Assembly: GCF_000485595.1 (NCBI RefSeq)
Contig: NW_014577087.1
Location: 89,999-153,998, forward strand
Reading direction: 5' to 3'
Source of the DNA: Priapulus caudatus
Lineage: Eukaryota
DNA: 64,000 nt
Below the pieces are notes generated by a model. The model saw nothing but the letters and a program-made list of their open reading frames with translations. It did no database searches and had not been told where the DNA came from. Positions 11,439-26,821 of this stretch are shown here, in pieces (position 1 is the stretch's first letter; each line of letters starts with the position of its first letter). Made by a program: the position numbers and the translations under genes.

Positions 11439-14400
11439 GTTTGTTGTTGTTGTTGTTGTTGTTGTCACTATTGTTATTGTTGTTGTTCCTATTGCTGCTG
11501 CTATACGATGGCGATAGCACTTGTGAAGTTCGTTATGATCACAACAGCAAAACCAATATATCCATGACAATTATAGCAGCAAATGAAATAACCAGGCTCA
11601 TAATGGTTTTTTCACAATATCTGTGACATGATAAACACAAGTGACGCGAAACTCTATCAGCGACGGAAAACGGTGTGGGCTGTACTCGACTTTTTCGACG
11701 TAGCAGGATATTGCATGACTGTGTTTTAACAAAGAATAGTCTTACATCTAGACATGTACGCTACTACTGCGCACTTATTAAACTTTGTTTGTTGTACCAT
11801 AAAATCTACGTGAAAAAGTAGTGCGGTAGTAAAACAAAATTGCTTCACGGTTTTGACTACAAAAACACATTATGCGTGTTTTTTTCATTCGCAGCTCGAA
11901 ATCACACTTTCATCTCCCGGGTTGTTACTACTTGTTTATTTTAATTTAATTTTATTAGTCCTTCAGGTGGCTGTTATCAGTATGAGTGTCTTTTTATTGC
12001 TGCGTCGCAGGCCGTTCATTTTTTATGTAAAATTAATTCGTACAAATATTTGCTTCAGTCGTAATATAATTATGCGCTCAACCTGAACAATAGTTTAGTG
12101 CAGAGCTCAGTTTTCGCTATATATAATACCGAGTAACGCAGAGCGAATGAATTTACACGCTAACGTTTTGCAGTATAGGCTTTCGTCTCGTAGCAAGTAG
12201 AATTTCGCTTCCATAACAGTTCATTGCTGTAAGAGCAGGACTTGAGCTGTATATTGTCCACTACGAGCGACATTCTGAGTGTTCTCTGCGGTGTTTAACA
12301 CACATCGCACACGTGTCGCAGATGTTGAAGCACGCACGCAGCAAGCTAAATTCTGGCATTTATTCGTCTAAACAACGAATAATTGCTCGACCTCAAGAAT
12401 ATCAGCAAAAATTTGCATCTAATTAAAGAGGAAAGCACTTAACCGGTGCGTAACGGGCCATTGTTGATGGCCACTGCCGAGCTCTCGGGCGTAATGTTTC
12501 TCATTAAATTGATGTCCGCGTAATAGCATTTAAATTTTCTCGTTCTGACTTTGTCTGAGCGTAATTGTCACCAGCGAAATATTCATTACGGATTCATGTC
12601 TCCTGCATGCAGAGTCGAGCGACCGGCTTCACGGGGTTAGAGCATGTGCGTTTAAGTATTTATTATACGCGGCTGGACGAAAGAGATTTAAAATTTTAAA
12701 TCGCGCATTCAAAGCGAATCTACTAATTGTGCTCTCTCAAAATAATGGATGCAAATACGAGTGAAATGGGATTGGTAGTTAAATGGTGGGCTTGCATCTC
12801 TAGAGGGGTTTCTGTAAAGAGCAATTAACACTGGTGCGGGAGAAGGGAAATCTGTGCTCTCAAACAATGGCAAAAACTTGTTGGGAGAGCATTCGCCGGC
12901 GCCTTTATGACTCATCTTTACAACTGCAGTGCTAACAGAAACTTGACCCAGAAAGACTGCGAGGTACTGGCGTTAGTTTTCCGTTTTATTCATATTTAAG
13001 GGCCGGTTAGGGTTCAACAGACACGATGAAGATGAGGAATGAAGTCGGGATTTTGTCTATCTCGAATCCGCCTCATAGCACTCAGTGTGCTTGACGCTGG
13101 GCTGTATAGAGAACGCGTAGGAACAATGTTTGCTCGTCGTAGTTGTCCTTCTCTCGTGTTTTGTTTGACGAGAGTCTATTGATTGATGGATGCTCTTGAT
13201 TGAAAGTTTAAACCCTCTGCATTGATCACGTTCTATGTCGAGCAAAGTTGACGACATAGTTTGCGCGCGTTATATCAGTTGATGGAATTCATATTGTATT
13301 TTTCATTAGATTTGCTCTTGCGAATATATCCTTGCTGAGGTCTTGCTAGCCTCCGCTGTGCGCTTTATCACGAAGGCAAAACACACTGCTAGTACGAACT
13401 TATACGTATATTGGTGGTGATCATGCGGTTCGTGATACAAAGGTCTTTAATAGTCATCTGTCGTCCGTCGTGGCCAAAAGCAAGCAAAATTCGGATGAGA
13501 AGCACTGTCACGGTAGATCACTTACTCTGCAAACTACGAGAATGTTTGAAAATTGACAGCGTGTTTCCGAATATTTACCCCGTCAGAGTGTCATCAATCT
13601 GCCCTCAGTAATGTAAGAGTAAGAGAGTAATCTCTACAGCCATTAGTTATAGCCATTTTCATTTCGATCTGGCCATGTATGTTTTATGGCGACGTTATAT
13701 TATGATATCGGCGCGTCATGCGAAAACTGGCAAATTTTGCTGCTGAGGATTCATTCGCCTAGCCTCATCGTATTTCACACTCACCCACGCACTGCGTCCA
13801 TACCCGTAGCTGTCCAGACCGTCCAGGTATGAAATAAAATATATAAACTTTGAAAATGTCTAAAAAGAGGACAGCAACACTGGGCAACAAATTGAAGCGA
13901 TAATTAATCAAGAAAAAATCGAAATGTTGGCAAGTAATAAATACTACTACTCGGATTAATCTAAGAGTTCCAACTTATCGGATTAATTATTTTTGTTCTT
14001 ATCGATATAATCAAGTGGATCATATTAAAACAAAATAATAAAACCTAAAGTTGTAACTGGGGACCTATATAACGCAGCTGGTCAACTTCTGGATGATGAA
14101 CTGAGTGATGAAAATATTTATTATTAACTGGGGAATCAATAAGAAAACAAACACACACACGCCATCCAAATACGTACATAACATGTCACTGCAATACGCA
14201 AACCCATTACAGCAATACACACGCCAATAATAGTTAAACATACGTACGTCATTTAAACCATAGGTCTGCTAACGAATACTCTGTTAATGTGTGTGATCGT
14301 GCGTTCGTTCGTTCGTTCGTGCGTGCGTGCGTGCCTGCGTTCTCGTGCGTGCGTGCGTGCGCGTATGTGCGCGTGTATTTAACTATGACCGGAAGCGGAG

Positions 14401-17400
14401 GTGAATGTTCTCACCATCTGCTCATGTCGTAGCTCTTGTCTGCTATTTTGTGTAACAGTTTCGCAAGATGATTTCGGCTGTCACTGCGTTCGCAGCGCCA
14501 CCGTGTTTTGTGGCGGCATCGCCACCGTGTTTTGTGGCGGCATCGCCACCGTGTTTTGTGGCGGCATCGCCACCGTGTTTTGTGGCGGCAGCGCCACCGT
14601 GTTTCCGTATTTTGTAGCGACAACAGCGCCACAGTGTTTCCGTGTTTTGTGGCGGCAGCGCATGAGTGTTTCCGTGTTTTATGGCGGCAGCGCCACAGTG
14701 TTCCCGTGTTTTGTAGCGACAACAGCGCCACAGTGTTTCCGTGTTTTATGGCGGCAGCGCCACAGTGTTTCCGTGTTTTGTGGCGGCAGCGCCACAGTGT
14801 TTCCGTGTTTTGTGGCGGCAGCGCCACAGTGTTTCCGTGTTTTGTGGCGGCAGCGCCGCCGCTCATGCATATTTTTGAACATAGTCGACGGACGAAGGCG
14901 TAATTACTTGACCGGTTGTCACCGCAGGTCTATCATTTCTTAGTCTTCTCTAACTAGGATGAGTCACTGTTATATCGAACGAGTCTTCATCGGTCTATTA
15001 TTCACCACGCTCGCGCAGCGCGGTGTCTCTGATGAGTACCGGCACAGATATACGCGCACGCCCGTGAGTGCAATCCAGTGCACACAGACTTCCGAATGTT
15101 TTATCTCACACACCCCCCTTTAGACAGCACGAAACTTATACTTCAGATTTCGCAGTCTGGTATCGGGACTATTTGAAAAGCTACACGCAATATATAGCGC
15201 TGGTTCTAGTCGCTGGATGACACGCGTACACATCGTGAAAACCGGCCAGCGAACCGGTGTGATGTCGGATTCGCATGTGCAGTCTGTATGGGGATGTTCT
15301 TCCCGTATTCATCGGTGTGCGTAGGCCTCACGACTAGTCACGTTCTAAGTGACGACAGCCCTGGCGCAGTGATGCGCACGCGGCGAGAGGCTGGACGTGG
15401 CAATCTGACAATACGCGGCGGAGGATGTAGAACAGGTATCGGGCAGACGTGAGTCGATGATTTCAACACACAGACGCTAACGGTGACAAAACCGCGCGCG
15501 CGTGCGCTGCGTGCGTGCGACATGTGCAGCGTGTATTTGGTGTGGCGTGTCGACGGCGTATACGTGCTTCGGCTTGCCGTTCATTCCGTTGCCCGCATGT
15601 GTCGGTGGTGTCTCTGTGTGTACCCATGGGGTGTGCGTTGTGCGTATGCCGTATGCGTGTGCGGTGCTGCGTGGTGCAGTTGTGCGTGTGCGTGCGCGTG
15701 CGTGTGTCCGTGAGTGAGTGACTGAGTTGTGTTTGTGTGTGGTGTTGCGATGGTGCCGCGTCGACAATGACGTTTATCACATAATTTTTGCGCTTTACAA
15801 TCTTGGCATCAAGTACGCGGGTATAGTACTAGAGCTTAGGCCCTTATTGAACGTTCACGTTTATTTTTAGTGCACATTTCTAACATGTATGACAATAATT
15901 GAACTAGCATCCATAAAAATTACTAGCAGTTTGCATTTACAGTAAATAAAGTGTAAAAAAAGTTCGTAAGATTACTTGGTGCTATGTTTCGTATGATCTA
16001 TGGTGGTCAGATGTATGGCTATAGACACGTGCTGTAATGTCTTGCTGTACGCAATAAATTAGACGGTGTCGACGGTAAGTAATCGCATGAACGCATTAAA
16101 CGCGTTTAATCACATAGTTTAGTTCGTCAATAATTGCATGCAGTAAATTTCAGCGGTTTTCAACAACTTTAAATGCAGGTTGATTGATTAAATCATCGCA
16201 ATGCATAAACTAATTGCGAGCGAATTCCCTTGCGACGCAAGATAAAGCATCGAGCGCCGAGCTTACACGAGACTTACTTTGACGATCCCCCAACACGTCC
16301 TATCCCCAAACACACAGTCACACGCAGTGTAGGCATGTCACGCCACCGTACACTGACGCAAGCGTCACGCAGTAAACACACGCCATACCCGACGCGCCGT
16401 ACACCACGGACACCGAGCTGCCATGCGCGGCGCGTGCTTCGCAACAACCGCCGCGTCCACAACACGCACGCACCCACGGCCGTTTGGATAAATAAATGAG
16501 CCTCGCCATTGAACGTTGGAATGACACCTGCCCACTCGGCCGCGCGGTGAGGAAGAGCGACAGTCGCGTGCCAGTGGCAGACATCGCACTAGCTCCCACA
16601 CGCTGTCATGCCGCTGTCGCGTAGCTGTCAAGCATGCCGGGGGGAAAACGAAATTACGTCGGATTACTCATTACGGCAGGTGCATTACGGCATCAAATCT
16701 CACCTGGGTGAGTCACCCCGTGTACCTTGCGGTGGCCAGCGCGTGGGTGATGTAGGCGATCGTGGCATCATTATTCGTTGGCAGACGAGGGAGAACATAA
16801 TTATTGTGAAATCTCGGCGCCGTGTTAACATATGCGCGTATGGTCCTCACTACAGTAGAGTTTTAGTATCGCACGATAAAGCGTCATGCTAATTAAACAA
16901 CATATACAGACGATTGCGGGACATGGTATGCGAGCTTTGCAGTAAGATATGAAAATTGCATGAAACAGCATACAGGAATTTCATGGTATGAAAACCAAGC
17001 CACATGAACAAGAAAGGACATGCTATGGAAACAACGTATAATGAGGATATTGGTCTGAAAGCACATACAGGTAACGACATAGTATGAAAATCGATACAGA
17101 GAAGTTCAATGTTTATGAAAACACATACAAGTAAATCCATGCTATGAAACCACGTACAGGATAAAACCTATTACACTGATCAAACGGATAGCTCGAAGAT
17201 TCACGCCGAGACAAAGTGGCGAAACAAGCTCATTAATGAATGCAAACTTTGTCCAGACGCGCAGCGAGGGCTAGTGCTGTACTTAGTTGTGCCGGTTTCG
17301 GCAGAAAACATTGTCGGAAATAAATGCTTGGCCCGTTCAGTAACTAAAAAAAACCGCTTGAGCCTCGCGTGAAGAGAAGGAGGATTATTTTTTCGGCCAA

Positions 17401-17760
17401 TATAATGCATCACTTCTGATAAATTTCTGAAGAGCTTTATTCATCGGCACCGTCAATGAAAATACCACTTTAAGCTATATTCCGATGCAAGAAAAAAAGG
17501 TTCAAGGAATATTTTCATTGGAATGAGGTCGGGACCGCATAAAAAATAGAAAAAATAACCGACGCTATTTCAAAGACTCTTTCCCGCGCAAACAAACGTC
17601 GATTGCGTCACTTTTTTTGTGTTCACATCTTCTTTGCGCCCCTTCGCTTCTTGTCGCGCTTTCAACCATGGCGACTGAAACAGAGCACATTGTTTGCCAA
17701 GCGGATTTGCATTATAGCCTCATTAAGTTATTCCGCCATTGGTAAACACCAGCACACACA
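11126..17760 (+). repeat. Large duplicated block, copy 2 (accurate to about 14870, then indel-rich)
   Basis: Starts directly after a 10-N gap; scattered SNPs, an 18-bp insertion and minisatellite differences versus copy 1; dense 1-nt indels from about 14870. Confidence 0.95.
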
Positions 17761-17877
17761 CACACACACACACGCACACACACACCACACACACACACAC
17801 ACACCACAGACACACAACATACACACACAGCACGATACACACACACACACAACCACACACACACACACACACACACG

Positions 17878-17917
<40 letters not shown>

Positions 17918-17953
17918 GCGCACCACGCACACACCCCTCACGCACACACATTC

Positions 17954-17985
<32 letters not shown>

Positions 17986-19307
17986 CACACTGCGCGCGGC
18001 GCACCACATACACACACACATACACACACACACGCACACACACACACATACCACATATACACCACACACACACACACACACACACACACACCACCACACA
18101 CACCCGTAACACTGCACGCACGCACACACCACACCACACACACACACACACGACGCGCGCTGGGCCGACGCGCTACACACGACACACACTCACGGACACG
18201 CCAACCCGCACACGCGACACACACCCACCACACGCACGCACACATGCACGCACGCGCACACACACACACTACACACGCACGTACACCATCGAACACACAG
18301 CACAACACACACACACACACACAGCACATGTACACACCACACACACACAGCACACACGCGCACACACACACACACACACACATACACACGACATACACAC
18401 ACAATCACAGCACCACCACACACATACACATATACACACACACACGCACACACACACACACACGACACACACCACACACGCACGCACCATGCAAGCGCAC
18501 GCACACACACACACCCACCACGCATCGGCTGAGCAGCTGGTCCGCAGTGCCAGACACGCCCGCCATCACACAGCACACACACAGCACACACACAGCACAC
18601 AGCACACACACACACACACACCGCACGAACACACACACGCGACACGCACACACACACACACACCACACGCACGCACGCCGGCACACACACACACGACACA
18701 ACCACCACATATAGCCACACACGCGCGCGCATGTTCGGGTGCGCGGAGGTACGCGCACGCGCAACTTGTGTGCACACGCGGGCGTGGCGCTATCTATTGA
18801 TTCTTATTTCCATGGCGCGCGTGTTATTTGCGCGCGCCTACCGTGCCGTGTATGGTTCTACAACCGTCGTCTGCGGCGCGGCATACGTGCGTGTATGGTT
18901 GTACACCGTCGCTGCGCGCGCAATACGTGCGCGTGTATGGTTGTACACGCGTCGTCTGCGCGCGCATACGTGCGTGTATGGTTGTCACCGTCGTCTGCGC
19001 CGCATACGTGCGTGTATGGTTGTACACCGTCGTCTGCGGGCCGCATAGTGCTGTATGGTCTGTACCGCCGTCGTCTGGCGCGCGCATGCGTGGCGTGTTA
19101 TGGTTGTACACCTCGTCTGCGCGCGCGTGTCTGGCTCCTATCGAGATTTACGTCGGACGGGTTTTGACCATCGATTGCCGCATGTGCTTTTCTGTTTGGG
19201 GCTATGCTGCACGGGCTGCGCATTAGAAAATGCCATCACGCATCGATATTGTGTCGAGCACATTGTCTCCCTTCTGCAGTCGTGCTCGGTCTCCGCTGCT
19301 CTCTCTC

Positions 19308-19353
<46 letters not shown>

Positions 19354-20327
19354 CTCTTTCCATCCTCTCTCGCTCTCTCTCTCTGTCTTGCTCTCGGCTC
19401 TCTTCATTTCCTTTTTCTGGGGCGCGCGTCCCGCTCGCTCTCAACTCTGACCTCGCTCTTTCTCTCCGGCCACCTCTCTCTTTCCACTTTTTCTTCCCCG
19501 CGGTTACTCTCTTTTGCCCTCTCTTTTTCCTGACTCTCTCCCCCTTGATTCTCATCTCCGCTCGCTCTCCCCCTCTCTTCCTCCTCTCTCGCTAATGCGC
19601 TGTGTAATGTCTGTGGGTGATGAGGCCGTGAGAAACGAATTGACGTCCTCCTGCGCCTGTCTCCTCGCCCCGCTATCGAGCGCGCCACAGGCTGCTTAAA
19701 CTAATAGAAAGCGGAAACGTGGCGTATGGGAGGAGAGGGTGGCGCCCGGGAGAGGAAGGGTAGCACTGGGGGAGAGGGAGGTGGGGTGGAGAGAGGACGT
19801 GCGTGAGAGGAGGAAGGTAGCATGGGTGAAGGGAGGTGGGGTGGCGGAGAGGAAGGTGGCGTGCAGAGAGAGGGAAGGTACGCATGGGGAGAGGGAGGGT
19901 GGGGTGGCGGAGACGGAAGCGTGGCGTGCATGGAGAGGGAGAGTAGCATGGGAGAGGCAAGGGTGGTGCTGGGAAGAGGAAGAGAACTGTCTGCTCGCCT
20001 GTTAGTCATTAAGCCCGTTACCTGCGGCCGAGCTTTGCCTCTTCGTTGGAGCGCAGAGGTGGCAAACCGGTTGTTCTCGGTCATTGACGCCCGCGGCGTG
20101 TCACGAGGTGCTTGCCGGTGTTCGCCGGGCCCGCCATGTCTGGCGGGCGTCTTATCCATGAATGTGTAATGTATGTTATGTAATGTATGTATGTATGTTG
20201 ATGTATGTGCTTGTGTGGTGTGTGTGTTGTGGTGCGGGCTGTGTGTGCTGTGTTGGTTCGTGTGTGCGTGTGTGTGGTGTGTGGTGTGTGTGTGTTGTGT
20301 GCGGTTGTGTGTGTGTGGTGTGTGTGT

Positions 20328-20390
<63 letters not shown>
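17755..20390 (+). repeat. Block C: (CA)n, 40-bp minisatellite, (CT)n, G-rich minisatellite, (TG)n
   Basis: 40-bp unit gtatggttgtacaccgtcgtctgcgcgcgcatacgtgcgt at about 18845-19130; reverse complement of 24560-26902; noisy sequence. Confidence 0.9.
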
Positions 20391-20393
<3 letters not shown>

Positions 20394-21857
20394 GGGATGC
20401 GGGTGTGAGGTCACGTGGCAGTTGAGTGCGGATTCACGTGCTCTGTGCATGCGAGGTCAAATGATTTGTCTTTGAGATCACAGGTTGCGGGTCTGCCACC
20501 AAAGATGTGAAAGGTGAATGTACTTGGTATCTAATAAGTGACAAGAGAATGAAATGGGAATATTAGGCCTAGTTTTGGCACAAAAACAACGCGGGGAGTG
20601 GGCAGGAAACATGACGCTGATGGTACTGCCAGCCTGATAGACTTCAAGTGATAGCTGTAGGCTTCATCGGATGTGGCACGTCTGCTGCCAGACAAACGTG
20701 GATGTCTCTATATATCAACATAATTCGATACTGTTTCAGACAACTGCACTGTGCACATATATACATACTGCTCTTGACATTGTGACTCATGCCTGCTGCG
20801 TGGTACCCAGTAGCGGATAGCTTGAAGTATTTTACATAAACTATAGATAGTCGCTAGCAAGCTTCCAGCCATATTGAATTATGAGCCAGTGATTATTATG
20901 GCTAATTGGCTTATGTTCTATCTGAGGCATAAGAAGCACATTTTTCGGTTGACAGGAACAATGACTAACTGATGATGAAAATCTGCTAGACCTTTGTCGC
21001 GATGGTTTAGCGAACATTAATATCAGCTCAAAGGCGTATGGAACATGATAGTTCTAGTAGCATAGAAGAGCAGGGAGCAAGATAGAGAGAAAGCGCGCAA
21101 GGGGACATGCAACATAGTCTAGCGGAGCAAAGATAATTGTAACACGGGGTAGACGGGCAAAGCAGCGGGGTGACAGCCTGAAAGTTCAAGTGGCATGGTG
21201 GCAGCCTGGAAAAACAAGGGACTACGGGAATGCGTCCTGAAAAAGCAGCGTAACAGGATGGAACAGCTTGGAAGGGCAAGGAGACGGGGTGACACATCCT
21301 GGAAGAACAAGAACAAGGGGGCAGTGTGACACATCCGGGAGGAGCAGATGGCATGGTGACAAAGTCTAGAAGAGCATGTGGCAGAGTAACACAGCCTAAA
21401 GGAACAAGGAGACAAAGTGAAATATCTTAGAACAGCAAAAGGCCATGGTGACGCAGCATTAGAGAGCAAGGGGGCATAGTGACGCAGCATTAGAGAGCAA
21501 GTGGGCATGGTGACGCATCATGTGAGAGCAAGGGGACATGGTGACGCAGCATGTGAGAGCAAGGGGGCATGGTGACACAGCATGTGAGAGTAAGGGGGCA
21601 TGGTGACGCAGCATTAGAGAGCAAGCGAGCATGGTTGACACAGCATCTGAGAGCAAGGGGACATGGGTACGCAGCATGTGAGAGCAAGCGAGCATGGTTG
21701 ACACAGCATGTGCTAGTAAGAGGACATGGTGACGCAGCATGTCAGAGTAAGAGGGAATGGTGACGTAGCATGTGAGAGTAAGAAGGCATGGTGACACAGC
21801 ATGTGCGAGTAAGAGGGCATGGTGACACAGCATGTGCGAGTAAGAGGGCATGGTGAC
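20390..21857 (+). repeat. Block D copy 1, ending in a 31-bp minisatellite
   Basis: Near-identical to 27465-28800; unit ggcatggtgacacagcatgtgagagtaagag at about 21440-21857. Confidence 0.95.
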
Positions 21858-24558
21858 TTTTTTGCATGTCGACGGGACGAAGCGTAATTACTGCCGGTTG
21901 TCACCGCGGGTCTTCTTTTCTTGTCTTCTCTACTGGATGAGTCACTGTTTATCGAACGAGTCTTCTCCGTCTCTTTCACACGCTCGCGCAGCGCGGTGTC
22001 TGATGAGGTACGGCATAGATATACGCGCACGCCGTGAGTGCAATCCATGCCACAGCTCCGTGTTTTATCCCCCCCCCTTTAGCAGCACGAAACTTAGTAC
22101 TTAGATTTCGCAGTCTGTACGGGATATTTGAAAAGCTAACGCAATAGCGCGTGTTTAGTCCTGGATGACGCGTACACATGTGAAACTAGGCCCGGACCGG
22201 TGTGATGTCGGATCGCATGTGCAGTCTGTACGGGGAATGTTCTCGCGTTTTTCGTGTGCGTAGGCTCACGACTAGTCACGTTCTAGTGACGACAGCCCTG
22301 GCGCAGGTGCGCACGCGGGAGAGCGGACGTGGCAATCTGACAATACGCGGCGAGGATGTGAACGTTATCGGGCAGACGTGAGTCGATGATTCAACACAAG
22401 CGTAACGGTGACAAAACGCGTGCGCGTGCGTGCGTGCGTGCGGACATGTGCAGCGTGTATTTGTATGCGTGTACACGCGTATACGTGCGTTCGAGCTTGC
22501 GTTCATTCGTTTGCGCATGTGTCGGTGCGTGTCTCTGTGTGTACCCATGGGTGTGCGTGTGCGTATGCGTATGCGTGTGCGTGTGCGTGTGCGTGTGCGT
22601 GTGCGTGTGCGTGCGCGTGCGTGTGTGCGTGAGTGAGTGACTGAGTGTGTGTTTGTGTGTGTGTGTGCGATGTGCCGCGTCGAAAGACGTTTATCACATA
22701 ATTTTGGCTTTACAATGCGGCAGTCAATGTACGCGGGCTATAGTACTAGAGCTAGGCCCTTATTAACGTTCACGTTTATTTTTAGTGCAATTTCTAAACA
22801 TGTATGACAATAATTGAGCTAGGCATCCATTAAAATTACTGCAGTTGCATTTACAGTAAATAAAGTGTAAAAAAAAGTCGTAAGATTACTTGAGTGCTAT
22901 TGTTCGTATGATATATGGTGGTCAGTTATGCTAGACACGTGCTGTAATGTCTGCTGGTAGCAATAAATTCGACGGTGTCACGTAGTAATCGCATGAACGC
23001 ATTAAAACGCGTTTAATCACATATTTATGTTCGTCAATAATTGCATTGCAGTAAATTTTCAGCGGTTTTCACAATTTAAATGCAGGTTGATTGATAATCA
23101 TCGCCATGTCATAAACTAATTGCGAGCGAATTCCCTTCGACCAAGATAACATCGAGCGCCGAGCTTACACGAGACTTACTTGACGATCCCCACACGTCTT
23201 ATCCCCCAAACACACAGTCACACGCATGTAGCATGTACGCACGCGTACACTGACGCACGCGTTCACGCGTAAACACACGCACATACCCACGCGCGTACAC
23301 ACGGACACCGATGCATGCGCGCGCGTGCTCGCACACGCGCGCCACACACGCACGCACCCACGGCGTTGATGAAATAATGAGCCTCGCCATTCGAAGTTGG
23401 AATGACACCTGCCCACTCGCCGCGCTGTGAGGAAGAGCGACAGTCGCGTGCCAGTGGCAGACATGCACTAGCTCCCACGCTGTCATGCCGCTGTCGCGTA
23501 GCTGTCAAGATGCCGAGAAAACCGAAATTACGTCGGGATTACTCATTCGGCAGGTGCATTACGGCATCAAATCTCACCTGGGTGAGTCACCCCGTGCTAC
23601 CTTGCGGTGGCAGCGGTGGGTGATGTAGGCGGATCGTGCAATCATTTCGTGCAGACGAGAGAACATAACTATTGTGAAATCTCGCGCCGGTTAAAATATG
23701 GCGTATGGTCTGACACAGTAGAGTTTTAGTATCGCACGATAAAGGTCATGTAATTAAACAACATACAGAGATGGACATGGTATGGAGCTTTGCAGAAGCA
23801 TGAAAATGGCATGAAAACACATACAGGAAATTGCATGGTATGAAACCAACCACATACAAGAAAGGACATGCTATGGAACAACGTATAATGAAGGATATGG
23901 TCTGAAAGCACATACAGGTAACGACATAGTATAAAATCAATACAGAGAAGTTCATGTTATGAAACCACATACAAGTAAATCCATGCTATGAAACCACGTA
24001 CAGGATAAAACCTATTACACGATCAACACGATAGCTTCGAAGATTCACGCGAGGACAAAGTGGCGAAAACAAGCTCATTATGAATGCAAACCTTTGTCCA
24101 GACGCAGCAGGGCTAGTGTGTACTTAGTGTGCGCGGTTTCGCAAACATTGGGAAATATAATGCTGCCCGTTCAGAATAAAAAAAACCGCTTGACCTCGCG
24201 TGAAGAGAAATGGATTATTTTTCGCCATTAATGCATCACTTCTGATAAATTTCTGAAGAGCTTTATTCATCGCACCGTCAATGAAAATACCACTTTAGCT
24301 ATTTCCGATGCAAGAAAAAAAGGTTCAAGGAATATTTTCATTGGAAATGAGGTCGGGACCGATAAAAAAATAAAAAAATAACCGACGCTATTTCAAAGAC
24401 TCTTCCCCGGCAACAAACGTCGATTGCGTCACTTTTTTGTGTCACATCTCTTTTCGCCGCCTTCGCTTTTTGTCGCGCTTTCACCATGGCGACTGGAACA
24501 GAGCACATTGTTTGCAAGCGGATTTGCATTATAGCTCATTAATTATTCCGCCATTGGT

Positions 24559-24560
<2 letters not shown>
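21858..24560 (+). repeat. Third copy of block B (8275-11035)
   Basis: Begins tttttgcatgtcgacgggacgaagcg and ends ccgccattggtaaac(ac)n as in copy 1; few SNPs and one micro-rearrangement. Confidence 0.95.
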
Positions 24561-24591
<31 letters not shown>

Positions 24592-24599
24592 CCAAAACA

Positions 24600-24666
<67 letters not shown>

Positions 24667-25455
24667 ACGCCACACACACACACACGACACAGCACACACA
24701 CACACACATACATTACATACACACATACACATACATACATACACACATCATGTACAACCGCCCGCAGACATGCGGGGCCGGCAGCACACGGCAAGCACCT
24801 CTGACACGCCCGGGCGTCAATGACAGAGAACAACCGGTTGCACTCTCGCTTCCACGAATTGCAAAGCCTCGGCCGCGGTAACGGGTTAATGACTAACAGG
24901 CGAGCAGACAGGTTCCTCTTCCTCTCCCAGCACCACCTCCCTCTCCCCATGCTACCTTCCTCTCTCCACGCCACCTTCCTCTCCCCACCCCACCTCCCTC
25001 TCCCCATGCTACCTTCCTCTCTCCACGCCACCTTCCTCTCCCCACCCCACCTCCCTCTCCATGCTTAACTTCCTCTCTCACGCCACATTTCCTCTCTCCA
25101 CCCCACCTCCCTCTCCCCATGCTACCTTCCTCTCCCCGCGCCACCCTCCTCTCCATACGCCACGTTCCCTTTCTATAGTATAAGCAGCTGTGCGCGTCGA
25201 TAGCGGGGCGAGAGACACGGCAGGAGGACGTCAATTCGTTTCTACGGCCTCATCACCCACAGACATTCACAGCGCATAGCGAGAGAGGAGGAAGAGAGGG
25301 GGAGAGGAGCGAGAGATGAGAATCAAGGGGGAGAGAGTCAAGGAAAAAGAGAGCAAAAGAGAGTAACCGGGGGAAGAAAAAGTGGGAAAGAGAGAGGTGG
25401 GAAGAGAAAGAGCGAGGCAGAGTGAGAGCGAGCGAGCGCGCCCGAAAAAGGAAAT

Positions 25456-25486
<31 letters not shown>

Positions 25487-25498
25487 GAGAGAGAGAGA

Positions 25499-25552
<54 letters not shown>

Positions 25553-26310
25553 AGCGAGAGAGGAGACTGAGAGGGAGGAAATGTGCCTCGAAAAATATCG
25601 ATGCGTGATGGCATTCTAATGCGCAGCCGTCAGCACCCAAACAGAAAACAACATCGGCAATCGATGTCAAAACACGCGTCGACGTATAATCTCGATAGGA
25701 GCAGACACGGCGCGCAGACGAGCGGTACACCATACACGACGCATGCCGGGCGCAGACGACGGTGTACAACCATACACGCACGTATGCGCGCGCGAGACGA
25801 CGGTGTACAACCATACACGCAAACGTATGCGCGCGCAGACGACGGTGTACAACCATACACGCACGTATGCGCGCGCAGACGACGCGGGACAACCATACAC
25901 GCACGTATGCGCGCGCAGACGACGGTGTACAACCATACACGCACGTAGTGCCGCGCGCAGACGACGGTGTACAACCATACACTGCACGTAGGCGCGCGCA
26001 AATACACGCGCGCATGGAAATAAGAATCAATAGATAGCGCGCCACGCCGCGTGTGCAGCACAAGTTGACGCGTGCGCGTACCTCCCGCACCCGAACATGC
26101 GCGCGCGTGTGTGTGTATGGTGTGTGTGTGTGTGTGTGTGCGCGTGCGTGCGTGTGTGTGTGTGTGTGTGTGTGCGTGTGCCGTGTGTGTGTTCGTTGCG
26201 TGTGTGTGTGTGTGTGTGTGTGTGCGTGTGTGGTTGCGTGTGCTGTGTGTGTGTGTTGCGCGCGCGTGTGTGCGGTGTGTGTGTGTGTGTGCGGCTGCGT
26301 GCATGTGTGC

Positions 26311-26350
<40 letters not shown>

Positions 26351-26682
26351 GTGTGTGTGTATATTGTGTATGTGTGTGTGTGTTGTGTGATTGTGTGTGT
26401 ATTGTGTGTATGTTGTGTGTGTGTGTGTTGTCGCGTGTGTGTGTGTTGTGTGTGTGGTGTGTATGGTGTGTGTGTGTTGTGTGTGTGTGGTGTGTGTGTG
26501 CGTGTACGTGCGTGTGTATGTGTGTGTGTGGCGGCGTGCGTGCATGTGTGCGTGCGTGTGTGTGTGTGTGTGCGTGTGCGGTGGCGTGTGTTGTGTGTGT
26601 GTGCTGGCGCAGCGCGCGTGTGTGTGTGTGTGTGTGTGTGTGTTGCGTGCGTGCATGTGTACGCGGTGTGTGTGTGTGTGTG

Positions 26683-26718
<36 letters not shown>

Positions 26719-26781
26719 ATGTGTGTGTGTGTGCCGTGTGTGTGTGTATGTGTGTGTGTATGTGTGCGCGCGCGCGTGTGT

Positions 26782-26821
<40 letters not shown>

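Noticed and set aside
17603..18800. Long His/Thr- and Cys/Val-rich ORFs (also 26027-27554, 35999-37048, 46208-47486, 50785-52017, 61871-62688)
   Set aside because: Translations of (CA)n, (GA)n or N runs.
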